Shown here piece by piece: positions 51,306-64,000 of a stretch of DNA of 64,000 nucleotides. The translations under genes and the position numbers were made by a program. Source of the stretch: Myxococcales bacterium (GTDB lineage Bacteria > Myxococcota_A > Bradymonadia > REDH01). Below the pieces are notes generated by a model that worked only from the letters and a program-made list of their open reading frames with translations, did not search any database and was not told where the DNA came from. The DNA lies in NCBI GenBank assembly GCA_947496715.1, contig CANMDT010000001.1, positions 1,203-65,202 of the forward strand. Direction: 5' to 3'. The first letter of the stretch is position 1, and the number at the start of each line of letters is the position of its first letter.

Positions 51306-52088
51306 TCAACCACGGTACTTTCGGAGGTAGGCTGCTGCCTGAGCACCCCACTCCGATCCGCCGTCCTCAGACACAAGGCGCTCCAACTCCGATACCGCAG
51401 CTGCCCCATCCCCCAGCAACAGGTAGCTCCGAGCCAACAAGTATCGGCCCTCCGAACGCAACCCCGACGTCGGGTATCGCGTCAACATCTCCGAAAGCCG
51501 ACGCGCCGCTGCCAGCGCATTCGATCGATCCAGGTAGAACTTCCCAACGTACAACTCGTGCGCCGCCAAACGATCCGTCACAACGCCCAGCATCCGATCC
51601 GCCTCGGGAAGAAGCGTCGAATCGGGACGCCCCTTCACAAACCGCGTCAGCGCACCATAGGCCTCCTTCGCCGACACAAGCTCACGCTCATGCGCCGGTG
51701 GCATCACAAACCACTCGCCCGGCATCTGCTGGTAGGCGCATCGCGCTGCCGCAAGCTCTGCCTCCTCTGCCTTGGCATGGGTCGGACGCTTCTGCGCAAA
51801 CCGCCGGTAGGCGTCGGCCGCCATCAGATAGCTCCCCTCCTCAAAATACAGATCTCCCAGCCGGTACTCAGCGAGCGCTCCATACGGAGACATCGCGAAC
51901 TGCTCCGAGATCTCCGTCAGCAGGTTCCGCGCCCCCTCATACTCGCCACGCTCCAGCGCACGCTCCGCGCGCTCATAGGCAGCCTGGGCCTCCTCTCCGT
52001 AGTTCGCCGGCTTCACCGGCGCCCCTCCGCAGCCCACCATCAACATGCTCACCGCTAGAACGACGACCGACATCCAACGCATTCGCAT
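51306..52088 (-). CDS. bamD: Outer membrane protein assembly factor BamD
   Basis: Lipobox MVGC, TPR helices, RLAAHELYVGKFYL and YP motifs. Confidence 0.85.
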   Translation of the reverse strand: MRMRWMSVVVLAVSMLMVGCGGAPVKPANYGEEAQAAYERAERALERGEYEGARNLLTEISEQFAMSPYGALAEYRLGDLYFEEGSYLMAADAYRRFAQKRPTHAKAEEAELAAARCAYQQMPGEWFVMPPAHERELVSAKEAYGALTRFVKGRPDSTLLPEADRMLGVVTDRLAAHELYVGKFYLDRSNALAAARRLSEMLTRYPTSGLRSEGRYLLARSYLLLGDGAAAVSELERLVSEDGGSEWGAQAAAYLRKYRG

Positions 52089-52099
52089 CGCAACTTGCC

Positions 52100-52315
52100 T
52101 TACGGGTCCGACTGCAACAGCAGCTGCCTGCCGTTCCTCTCGACCAACGAGGCCACCATACTCCGCATCACATCAATGTCGAACGGCTTGTCGAGGTAGC
52201 CATTCGTTGCCTCCAGTCAGCCGCAGGACTACCCTCGGAACAACTCCCAAAGCAGCTCGCGATCGCTCGCCGAATCGTCGGCCACCAGTATCTTCGGAAG
52301 GCTCGTGTCGCCCAT
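52100..52315 (-). pseudogene. Decayed single-domain response regulator
   Basis: One frame reads MGDTSLPKILVADDSASDRELLWELFRG*SCG*LEATNGYLDKPFDIDVMRSMV...*: two stops and loss of the central REC segment. Confidence 0.65.
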
Positions 52316-53047
52316 GTTGAACACCTCGCATCTCGCGCCGTTTCTGCTCCTCACGACACGACGTCTCCACGTTTCGCTCGCCCTCCTCCTCGCCCTCACA
52401 GCCTGCGAACCCGACGAGCCCGACCCCTGCACCATCGACGCCTTCGGCTGTGTCTCCAACTTCGAGACCCTGCCTACGGATCAGAGCTGCACCACCATCG
52501 AGCCCCTCTCCGTGGAGGTCGGCTGGGGCGACTCCAGCTTCCACACCTTCGCGGACGGCACACCCGAGGTCCACAACGGCATTCAGGGCGGCCAGCACAT
52601 CTTCGCCTCCTTCCGCGCCTCCGGCGCAGAGCTAGACGACGTCCCCATGGTCGAACTCCGCCTCTTCAGCTTCGGCCCCGTCGACCCGCAGGCCTGCACC
52701 GACGAGGTCCTCTCACGCCGCCAGTGGGACCCAGCCTCCCTCCCGGCCGACGCCCTCACCGGCGACTTCGACCCCTCGGCCGCCGGCTCGCCCATCATCC
52801 TCGGCTACACGCCACTCAACCTCGAGGGGCTCCCCGCCTTCGGACCCAGCCGCTGCCTCACCATCGGCTCCGAGCGCCAACTCCTCGTCGACGCCACCTC
52901 CGAGCAGGCCGCCAGTGGCAGCCTGGAGACAAACTCCATCCTCCTCCAGCTCCCCTTCTCGAGCAGCCCCGACGTCCTCGTCGTGGCTACCCTGCGCGAC
53001 CCCTGCGGAGAGACCGCGCAGGCCGCCCTCCCGGTCATCCTGCCGCG

Positions 53048-53051
<4 letters not shown>
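52314..53051 (+). CDS. Hypothetical lipoprotein
   Basis: Lipobox LTAC followed by EPDE; GIQGGQHI motif; coding-like codon usage. Confidence 0.6.
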
Positions 53052-56554
<3,503 letters not shown>

Positions 56555-56776
56555 ACGGCGGCCCCTTAGGTTGCGAGCCCATGCTGTAGGCCCGGCCCCC
56601 CGCCGTCAACCGCAACCGTCGCTCTCGTTGTGCAGCCTGGCGCCCTCCCCACGCGCATCTTGTCTCCCGTTTGGAAACCTACTACGACCCCGATCTTGAA
56701 AGGTTCCGCTGCGGGTGGAATTGCGCTCGAACTCAACAACGCTGAGACTGTCTCGGCAATTTGGAGGAATGTCCCG

Positions 56777-57973
56777 ATGAAGAAGCTCTCTCTGTTGATG
56801 GCACTTGGACTTGGACTTGGCGTGGTTGGCTGTGGTGACGACACCGCAGAGTCCGCGACGACGGACACGGGCACCGCCGACACCGCCACCGACACGGGCT
56901 CGGGCTCGACAGACACCGGCACCGCCGACACCGCCACCGAGGACACCGCCACCGAGGACACCGCCACCGAGGACACCACGCCCGTCCCCACCGACGAGCA
57001 GTTCTCCGGCCCCTTCTCCTACGTCTGGCGCATTCAGATTCCGCAGTCGGGTACCGACGCGGAGTGCTGCTTTGACTTCACCGCCGACGGCGTGACCGAC
57101 AACGGCCTCGGCACCCTGATTGGCGCCCTCGGCGCCATCTCGACCGACATTGACATCCAGGCGACGCTCGACGGCGCCGTGGCCGATGGCAGCATCGCCC
57201 TCCTCCTCGAGTACGCTGGCCTAGCCGAGATCACCAAGACGGGCCCGACCCAGCTCTGGTTCTACCTCGCAACCAACGACATCGACGGCGACGGCTCGGG
57301 CGACCAGGACTGGGCTACCGCCCTCAAGGCCGGCGAAGGCATCTTCCAGGTGCAGCCCACCTCGCTTGACGCCGACGGCAGCCCGCTCATCAAGTTTGAG
57401 TCGGCAAGGATCAGCAGCGACGTGCTCAGCGCCGGCCCCGGCGACTTCCCCCTCACCATCCCGATTCCGGGCCTCCTCACGCTTGATGTCACCATCAAGC
57501 AGGCCCAGATCGAAGCCGACGTTCGCCCCGAGGCTTCGGGCATCTTCACCAACGATGCCGACATCGACTCCGATGGCGACGGCACCCCCGAAGTCTGGGG
57601 CGGCGGCAAGCTTGGCGGCGTCATCCCCGTCGACCAGGTCATCGGCATCCTCAACGACCTCGCCAACGACTGCGCCTGCGCTGGCATCGCGCCCGACGCC
57701 GCCGTCATCATCGCCGGTGAGGGCACCGACCAGTACGACGTCGCTTGCGACCCCAACATCACCATCAACGACGGCGCTTGCACCGACGCCGATGGCGTGA
57801 TCTGCGGCAACCTCTCGACCGTCTGCGGCTTCGCTCCCGCCCTGCCCACGCTCGGCCTCATCGACGTCGACACCAACGGCAACACGATCCCCGACGCCAT
57901 CTCCGTCGGTCTCCGCCTCTCGATGTCGGGCGCGACCCTTGAGAATCCGCCCGTCGCTCCTGCTGCCCCCTAA
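56777..57973 (+). CDS. Acidic lipoprotein with DxDxDG calcium-binding-like motifs
   Basis: GGAGG RBS, lipobox VVGC, D/T linker; DIDGDG, DIDSDGDG and DTNGNTIPD. Confidence 0.7.
   Translation: MKKLSLLMALGLGLGVVGCGDDTAESATTDTGTADTATDTGSGSTDTGTADTATEDTATEDTATEDTTPVPTDEQFSGPFSYVWRIQIPQSGTDAECCFDFTADGVTDNGLGTLIGALGAISTDIDIQATLDGAVADGSIALLLEYAGLAEITKTGPTQLWFYLATNDIDGDGSGDQDWATALKAGEGIFQVQPTSLDADGSPLIKFESARISSDVLSAGPGDFPLTIPIPGLLTLDVTIKQAQIEADVRPEASGIFTNDADIDSDGDGTPEVWGGGKLGGVIPVDQVIGILNDLANDCACAGIAPDAAVIIAGEGTDQYDVACDPNITINDGACTDADGVICGNLSTVCGFAPALPTLGLIDVDTNGNTIPDAISVGLRLSMSGATLENPPVAPAAP
56927..56977 (+). repeat. 15-bp coding tandem repeat (DTATE x3)
   Basis: gacaccgccaccgag repeated three times in the lipoprotein linker. 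Confidence 0.85.
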
Positions 57974-57980
57974 CGGGTGA

Positions 57981-58002
57981 CTGTCACGCTTCGGCGTGAC
58001 AG
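57981..58002 (+). terminator. Stem-loop after the lipoprotein gene (terminator or mRNA-stabilising hairpin)
   Basis: Perfect 9-bp stem CTGTCACGC-TTCG-GCGTGACAG, 7 nt after the stop; no U tract. Confidence 0.5.
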
Positions 58003-58116
58003 AAGCTGCGGCGAGGGAGACCTCGCCGTTTGGCGTTTTTGGCCCCTGCATCTCTCGCGGATTCCGCGTCAAGGGTGTAGATACTTCATACTTCCAACCC
58101 TGACCCGGTGCGGCTC

Positions 58117-60651
58117 ATGAAGACGAATGCCCTCCTCGCCCTGACCCTCTCGCTCCTCTCCGCCTGCGCACCATTCTCGGATCCGGATGCCATCGACCTG
58201 CCAGACGCTGTAGCAGGGTCTGGCGCAGGCCCCGGCGGAACCGACACAGGCACCGACGCCGGCGGAACCCTGCCGAACGGCACACCTGTCGGACCCGACG
58301 GACGCCCCGTTGTCGGCGCCCTCCTCGGAGACAGCTGCATCGCCAGCGCCGAGTGCCGCTCCAACCTCTCCTGCATCGGTAACGTCTGCCTGCCCACGGC
58401 CAGCCGCCAGCTCGGCGAGAGCTGCATCATCAGCGGAGAGTGCGCAGACGGCCTCGTCTGCGGCACCACCAGCCAGTGTTTCGAGGCCGGGCCCGGCGTC
58501 GACGGCTCACCCTGCACACAGGCCCAAGACTGCGGCGAAGGCCTGCGCTGCTCCTACCGAGGCCTTGGCGGCTTCTGTGAGACGCCAGGAACCCTCGACA
58601 TCGGCGAGGCCTGCGCCACCTCCTCGGACTGCGCCGCTCCCCTGCTCTGCGGCGTGGAGGGGCTCTGTCTGCTGCCCGCCTCCGGCTTCCCCTTCCTGCC
58701 CGACACCGAGTGCGCCAACCCCGCCGACGAGACGGGACCCTTCCGCATCTTCTTCGAGGTCCCGAAGGCCGGCGAGCCGCTCGCCGACTTCTTCCGCCTC
58801 CCCTTCCCCAACGACATCCGCCGCACCGAGACGGGCATGAACCTCGATGGCTTCCCCGACCCCGGCGTCCGCTTCCTCGGCGGCGATGTGCTCGGCAGCT
58901 ACCTTCGCACCCTGCGCGGCAGCAACGAGGGCTTCTCGACCAACCCCACCATCTACTTCCGCTTCTCGAAGGCCCCCAAATTCGACACGATCCAGGGTGG
59001 CACAGGCGGCTCGCTCCGCATCGTCAACATCACACCCACCTCGCCCAGCTTCGGTCGCGGCGCCTCGATCGGCTGGAATGTCACCAACGGCCGGAGCAAG
59101 TTCATCTGCCACAACTATGTGGCCATCCACCCCTCCTTCCGCTCGCCGCTTGAGCCCAACACCACCTACGCCGTCTACCTGACCGACGCTGTGATCACTG
59201 ACGATAACGACCGGCTCGTACAGGACGCAGACTTCGCCGCGGTCATCGGTTCGTCAGCCCCCACGGAGCCTGAACTCCTCGACGGTTGGAACAAGTATGC
59301 TCCGCTCCGAGCCTTCCTTGCCGCGGAGGGCACCGCCACTTCGAGCATCATGGGCGCCGTGGTCTTCACCACCATGGACCCGATCGCGCCGGCGCGCGCG
59401 CTCCGTCCCGCGGTGCGGGAGCTGCCCACGCCGGCGCTCGCCAACCTCCCACCCTGTTCGGCCGACGCCGGCGCCTCCGATGACGACCGCTGCTCCGCCG
59501 GTAGCGGCGACTTCACCGAACTGCATGCCACCGTCGCGGCCCCCATCTTCCAGGCCGGTACCCGCCCCTACTTCGAAGAGGCGCAGGGCGGCGACGTCGA
59601 GATCGCCGCCGGGAAAGCCATCGTTCAGGGCAGCGAGCAGCTTCGGCTGAGCCTCACCATCCCCTCGGGCGAAATGCCCGCCGATGGCTGGCCCGTTGTC
59701 CTCTACGCGCACGGCACCGGCGGAAGCTTCCGCAGCGGCATCGACGACGGCACCGCCGGTCGCATGAGCTCGATCATCGTCGATGGTCAGCCCGTGAAGG
59801 CCGCACTCATCGGCTACGACGGCGTGCAGCATGGGCCGCGGCGCGGGCCCTCCGAGCGCGACCCTGCAACCCTCTTCTTCAACTTTGCCAACCCCAAGGC
59901 GGCCCGCGGCAATACCCTCCAGGGGGCAGCGGATCTCCACCTGCTTACCTACCTCGCCGAGAACATCGCGGTCGACGCAGCCGCCTCGCCCACAGGCCAG
60001 GCCATCGCCTTCAATCCGGCAAAGATCTTCCTCTTCGGCCACTCGCAGGGCGCCTCCGTCGCCTCGCTCTTCGCCGCGCTTGAGCCCAATGTGAAGTCGG
60101 CCATCTTCTCGGGCCTCGGCGGATCGCTCATCCTCTCGCTCCTCAACAAGACACAGCCCGTCGACATCGCCCGCGGCGTCCGGATCGCGCTGTCGGGGTC
60201 GCTCACCAACTTCAGCAGCGTGAACGAACTCAACCCTGTCCTCTCCATCCTGCAGTGGTACACAGACCCCGTCGACCCAGTGAACTTCGCGCCCCTTCTC
60301 TATCGCCGGATCCCGGAAGGACGGAACCCGCTCCAAGTGCTCCAGACGCTCGGCCAAGGCGACAGCTTCACGCCCGAGCCCTGCATGAAGGCCTTCGCCG
60401 AAGCCGCAGGACTCCCTGCGGGGACGCCCGCCGGCTACACCCTCGCCGACTTCACAGACACCAGGGCCTTCCCTGTCTCGCGCAACAAGCAGTCGAGCCT
60501 CAGCGTGCCGGTCACAGCCCTCATGATCCCCTACCTCGCAGATGGCTTCGACGGCCACTTCGTTGCGCAGCGCAATGCCTCCGCGCAGCGTCAGTGCCAA
60601 GAGTTCATCGGGACCAGCATCACCGCCGGCACACCGACCGTCACGCAGTAG
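58117..60651 (+). CDS. Lipoprotein with Cys-rich repeats and alpha/beta hydrolase (lipase-like) domain
   Basis: Lipobox LSAC; four G(D/E/S)xC....C...L.C repeats; PFPND, YAHGTGG, GHSQG and DGH. Confidence 0.75.
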   Translation: MKTNALLALTLSLLSACAPFSDPDAIDLPDAVAGSGAGPGGTDTGTDAGGTLPNGTPVGPDGRPVVGALLGDSCIASAECRSNLSCIGNVCLPTASRQLGESCIISGECADGLVCGTTSQCFEAGPGVDGSPCTQAQDCGEGLRCSYRGLGGFCETPGTLDIGEACATSSDCAAPLLCGVEGLCLLPASGFPFLPDTECANPADETGPFRIFFEVPKAGEPLADFFRLPFPNDIRRTETGMNLDGFPDPGVRFLGGDVLGSYLRTLRGSNEGFSTNPTIYFRFSKAPKFDTIQGGTGGSLRIVNITPTSPSFGRGASIGWNVTNGRSKFICHNYVAIHPSFRSPLEPNTTYAVYLTDAVITDDNDRLVQDADFAAVIGSSAPTEPELLDGWNKYAPLRAFLAAEGTATSSIMGAVVFTTMDPIAPARALRPAVRELPTPALANLPPCSADAGASDDDRCSAGSGDFTELHATVAAPIFQAGTRPYFEEAQGGDVEIAAGKAIVQGSEQLRLSLTIPSGEMPADGWPVVLYAHGTGGSFRSGIDDGTAGRMSSIIVDGQPVKAALIGYDGVQHGPRRGPSERDPATLFFNFANPKAARGNTLQGAADLHLLTYLAENIAVDAAASPTGQAIAFNPAKIFLFGHSQGASVASLFAALEPNVKSAIFSGLGGSLILSLLNKTQPVDIARGVRIALSGSLTNFSSVNELNPVLSILQWYTDPVDPVNFAPLLYRRIPEGRNPLQVLQTLGQGDSFTPEPCMKAFAEAAGLPAGTPAGYTLADFTDTRAFPVSRNKQSSLSVPVTALMIPYLADGFDGHFVAQRNASAQRQCQEFIGTSITAGTPTVTQ

Positions 60652-61816
60652 TCGCAGCGCTCGTCCGCCCGAAGTAGCGGCCCCGCAGCAGCCAGACGCC
60701 CAAGGCGCACACATCGGCCACCGCTGCCAGCCAGAAGGCCCAGGAAGAGTCCTCTGCGCCCACCAGGCGGCCGCCGATGAGCCCTGCCGCGAGCCCGCCA
60801 CAGCCGAGAACCACAGAGGCAAAGACGCTCTGCAACAGCGGACGAGGCGTATGCTCCGCGTAGTGGTCGAGCTCGCGCAACAGCCCTGCATACCAGAGCC
60901 CGAAGCCGGCAAAGTGGAGGATCTGCAGGAGCACCAGCCACCAGGCCGACACAGCCATCGCCGTCGCGATCCAGCGCACGATGCTCAGCAGGAGTGACCA
61001 GGCGACCACGCCGCTGGCACCGCGGCGGGCAAACAGGCGCGGGGCAAGTGCGAGCGCGGCTACCTCGCCCACGATCGCAACACCAACTGCGTAGCCCGGG
61101 ACAGCCGACGAGAAGCCGTGGTCAATGCAGAAGATGGCCAGGAAGAGGTTGTAGCTCATCACCGCCACCCAGTGGCACCAGCCTGAAAGCAGAAAGAGCC
61201 ACCAGTCCGCGCCCCGCGGGAGCCGCCCGCCGACCGACGAGGCAGCCTCGGCCAGCGGCGTCTCACTGACCCGAAACACGAAGATTGCGGCGAGCATGTA
61301 GAGCACCGGCGTGTAGTCCACCGCAATCTCGCCTGCCGCGCCCCCCTCCATGCCCGAGACGGCCCACCCGAAGAGCGCCACCGCAACTCCGTAGCCCAGG
61401 CTCCCCCACAGGCGGAACGAACCGAAGCGCACCGAGCCGTAGCGACCGACGATCGTCGTATCGAGCATCGGCACCGTGCCGGCCTCCGGGAAGGCCTGGA
61501 GCCACATCAGCAGGCAGACCGCAACAAGCCCCGTCGAAAGATTCATCAACAGCGACAGCAGCGCGCCAAGCCAGAGGGTTACCCGCAGGATGCCGGTCGG
61601 CCGCCCATACTTCACCGCAAGATAGCCGAGGGCCGGCTGCATCAGCACGCTGATGACCGAACGACCACTGAAGACCAGCCCAATCTCCGCCGGCGACATC
61701 CCGATGGACCGAAAGTAGAGCGGCCAATAGGTGACGATGAGACCGATTGCACCGAGGTAGAGGAAGTAGGTGGCGCGAATCGCCGTCGTTTCCTTCACTG
61801 CTGGCGTCCCGTGCAT
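60641..61816 (-). CDS. MFS transporter (HcaT/PPP-like)
   Basis: YWPLYFRSIG, FGSFRLWGSLGY and LQILH motifs; about 12 TM. Confidence 0.8.
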   Translation of the reverse strand: MHGTPAVKETTAIRATYFLYLGAIGLIVTYWPLYFRSIGMSPAEIGLVFSGRSVISVLMQPALGYLAVKYGRPTGILRVTLWLGALLSLLMNLSTGLVAVCLLMWLQAFPEAGTVPMLDTTIVGRYGSVRFGSFRLWGSLGYGVAVALFGWAVSGMEGGAAGEIAVDYTPVLYMLAAIFVFRVSETPLAEAASSVGGRLPRGADWWLFLLSGWCHWVAVMSYNLFLAIFCIDHGFSSAVPGYAVGVAIVGEVAALALAPRLFARRGASGVVAWSLLLSIVRWIATAMAVSAWWLVLLQILHFAGFGLWYAGLLRELDHYAEHTPRPLLQSVFASVVLGCGGLAAGLIGGRLVGAEDSSWAFWLAAVADVCALGVWLLRGRYFGRTSAATTA

Positions 61817-61922
61817 CTGCGCGCAGCCGAGCCCGCGCAGCGCTCCCCTACCGCATCGCAGGCGGTCTTGCTACGCTGCAAAGCCGCGATTCGCGCCACT
61901 CCTCCTGTGCCCCGGCCTCGGC

Positions 61923-63644
61923 TTGTCAGACGCGCTCCAGCCTCCCTCCCGCAGCATCACCTACCTGACCACCGCGAAGACGGCGGCCCGCAAGATCGAT
62001 GCGCTCCTCAACCTGTCCCGCCCCATGAAGGCCGTGCAGGCGCTCGACGCCCGCGAGTTCCACGCGCTCATCCAGACGGCCGGACTCGACCAGTCGATCG
62101 AGCTCATCGAACTGGCCTCCGGAGAGCAGATCCAGGCGCTCATCGACTTCGACGGATGGAACCGCGATCGGCTCGAGCACAAGCGGTTCGCAGACTGGAT
62201 GATGATCCTGCTGGGCTGCCCCGACGAGTCCCTCCATCGCTGGTTCGCCAAGCTCGACCTCGAACCCATCATCGTCTGGATGCGGGAGCACGCGCAGGTC
62301 TTTCTCTGGGAAGAGGACCGCGATCTCCTCGACTGCGTCGACGCCCCCGTGCTGACCTCGCCCGACGGAACCTATGCCATCATGGTGCCCGACGACGGAG
62401 AGCCGGCCGACATCGTCCGCATGCTCCTCGACCGCGCCTATGCCTACGACCTCGACTACGGCCGCCGCCTGCTCGAAGCCGCCCGCTGGGAGCTCAGCGC
62501 CCAGATGGAGGAGGAGGGCTACCGCTTCCGCAACGCCCGGCTCGAAGACCTCGGCTTCGTCGGCCTCGACGATGCCGCTGCTGTCTACGCCCGCATCGAC
62601 CTACCTGCCTGGGCCGCAGCACAGCGGCGCAAGCTCGACGCCGGCGGAGAGCTCGTCCCCACACCCGTCGGAGACATCACCGCCCTCGATCTCGAGACAC
62701 GCTGGTATGAGGTGGGACCGGCCGGCACGCAGGCCAGCGTCACACGCAGCGCCCTCGAGCTGGTTCGCAAGCAGAGCGGAGCACTCCCCGATGCCGCCGC
62801 GCGCGGCCTCGTCGCCCAGTATGGCGCGCTTCTGCAGCGGGTCTCCGTCGCCGATGGCGGGTCACCCAACCATATCTCCCATCTCAGAAAGGCAGCCGAG
62901 CAGGCCGACGCCCGCATCGAACTCGGCCTCGCCTTCCTCACCGGCGAAGACCCCGAGAAGGCGGCACGGGCGCTGCTGACCGTGCCCGTACGCGACCTGC
63001 ACCGCGCCGGCCACGCCATCCCCACACGCCTCGCCTACCAGGCCCGAACCATGCTCGATCGCGGCAACATGTCGCTCACCGACGAGCCCATGTCGCTGCT
63101 CAGCGCACAGGAGGTGGACCTCTTCGAGGGGCTCCTCTCCGACCGTCCGCTCCGCTCAGTGCAGGAGGCTGCACCCTTCCGCACCATGCGTGAGGTAGAG
63201 GCCGCATCGCTGGTGCTTGCCGACCTCGCCTTCTTCGAACTCTGGTTCATGGGCCGGCTTCGCTGGACGCGGGCTGAGCTCATCGAACTGCTCTTCAACA
63301 TCGAGAAGAACCGCACCCCTGTGGAGCTCCTCGGCTTCCGCAGCCTGCTCGCAACGGTCCTCGTCGCCGAGAGCATCGAAGTCGGCGCCGGCCTGCGCCC
63401 CGTCACACCGGCCGAGGCAACGGCCTGGCTCGACAGCCTCGTCGCGAGCGGCAAGCCCGACGAGAGCGTCGCCAATCAGGCGGTGGCGGTGCTATCGCGC
63501 CGCATGCCGGAGGAGTCCAAGATGGAGGCCGTGGTGGAGCGGATCGCGCTCCGGGTCGCCACCTTCGTGACCGAGCAGATCCTCTCGACGACCGACAACA
63601 CCAACCTCGGTGTGCTGCTTCAGGGGTTTGTGCTCAGGAGTTGA
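61923..63644 (+). CDS. DUF6178-like protein (start uncertain)
   Basis: LASGEQIQALIDFDGW..D and EEEGYRFRNARLEDLGF segments recall the DUF6178 family; TTG 61923 chosen to avoid overlap with the MFS gene. Confidence 0.55.
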   Translation: MSDALQPPSRSITYLTTAKTAARKIDALLNLSRPMKAVQALDAREFHALIQTAGLDQSIELIELASGEQIQALIDFDGWNRDRLEHKRFADWMMILLGCPDESLHRWFAKLDLEPIIVWMREHAQVFLWEEDRDLLDCVDAPVLTSPDGTYAIMVPDDGEPADIVRMLLDRAYAYDLDYGRRLLEAARWELSAQMEEEGYRFRNARLEDLGFVGLDDAAAVYARIDLPAWAAAQRRKLDAGGELVPTPVGDITALDLETRWYEVGPAGTQASVTRSALELVRKQSGALPDAAARGLVAQYGALLQRVSVADGGSPNHISHLRKAAEQADARIELGLAFLTGEDPEKAARALLTVPVRDLHRAGHAIPTRLAYQARTMLDRGNMSLTDEPMSLLSAQEVDLFEGLLSDRPLRSVQEAAPFRTMREVEAASLVLADLAFFELWFMGRLRWTRAELIELLFNIEKNRTPVELLGFRSLLATVLVAESIEVGAGLRPVTPAEATAWLDSLVASGKPDESVANQAVAVLSRRMPEESKMEAVVERIALRVATFVTEQILSTTDNTNLGVLLQGFVLRS

Positions 63645-63664
63645 GCGGGCCCCGGAAGCGGCGC

Positions 63665-64000
63665 TTAGTTGGCGCCGTTGCAGGCCTTGTCGAAGTCTTC
63701 GGGGCGGCCCGAGAAGATGCTCGGATCGCTACAGACCAGGCGGCAGTCGGTGTAGAGGTCTTGGCCAAGGTTGCAACGGTTGCCTGCAAAGGCAGACGAG
63801 TCCGAAACGCCATCGAGGTTCGAACAGTTGGGCACGCCCGACTGAGCCGTGTTGGCCTCCGGCGGATAGACGATGCCACATCCACGGCAGAGTGAAATGG
63901 GGAAGTTGAAGGAGTTCGACTCCACCTCGTTGCCCGAGATGGTCACGCCGAAGAACTTCACCTGCACGCCGATTTCGATGGCATCGCCCGACGCGAAGGC
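63665..64000 (-). CDS. C-terminal part of a Cys-containing secreted/lipoprotein (gene starts beyond the window)
   Basis: Open frame to the window edge; G.T..G..VES..F.FPI.LC.GC...GQD pattern seen in myxobacterial lipoproteins. Confidence 0.5.
   Translation of the reverse strand, partial: AFASGDAIEIGVQVKFFGVTISGNEVESNSFNFPISLCRGCGIVYPPEANTAQSGVPNCSNLDGVSDSSAFAGNRCNLGQDLYTDCRLVCSDPSIFSGRPEDFDKACNGAN

Noticed and set aside
61770-61922. N-terminal extension of the DUF6178-like ORF
   Set aside because: Overlaps the start of the divergent MFS gene and has non-coding-like composition

Overview
High-GC bacterial chromosomal segment. The gene set (many Cys-rich lipoproteins with acidic linkers, a DUF6178-like protein, a HEAT/HD-GYP gene pair) suggests a Myxococcota/Bradymonadia-like deltaproteobacterium; this is inference. 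It mixes housekeeping genes (tcdA, uup, phrB, thrABC, ffh, rlmI-like, rplM-rpsI, bamD, dnaE) with accessory lipoproteins and signalling genes. No rRNA, tRNA, CRISPR array, transposase or prophage gene was recognised. The most notable element is a five-gene locus at 33.5-41.4 kb. It encodes a PhcB-like SAM methyltransferase (KPLGYAGDY motif), a membrane sensor with two kinase modules, a REC-kinase, a His-less pseudo-kinase and a divergent REC-HD-GYP protein, and looks like a Ralstonia phc-type quorum-sensing circuit linked to c-di-GMP in an unexpected lineage. Other highlights are a Tat-exported superoxide-reductase-like protein, a translationally coupled tcdA-yhhQ-methyltransferase operon, a pseudokinase-HEAT plus degenerate HD-GYP pair, a 1.9-kaa lipoprotein of five LTD-containing modules, a shared acidic lipoprotein linker, two pseudogenes and a small ORF missed by the ORF track, and a change in G/C strand bias. 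All family assignments come from motif recognition by eye; no database searches were run.
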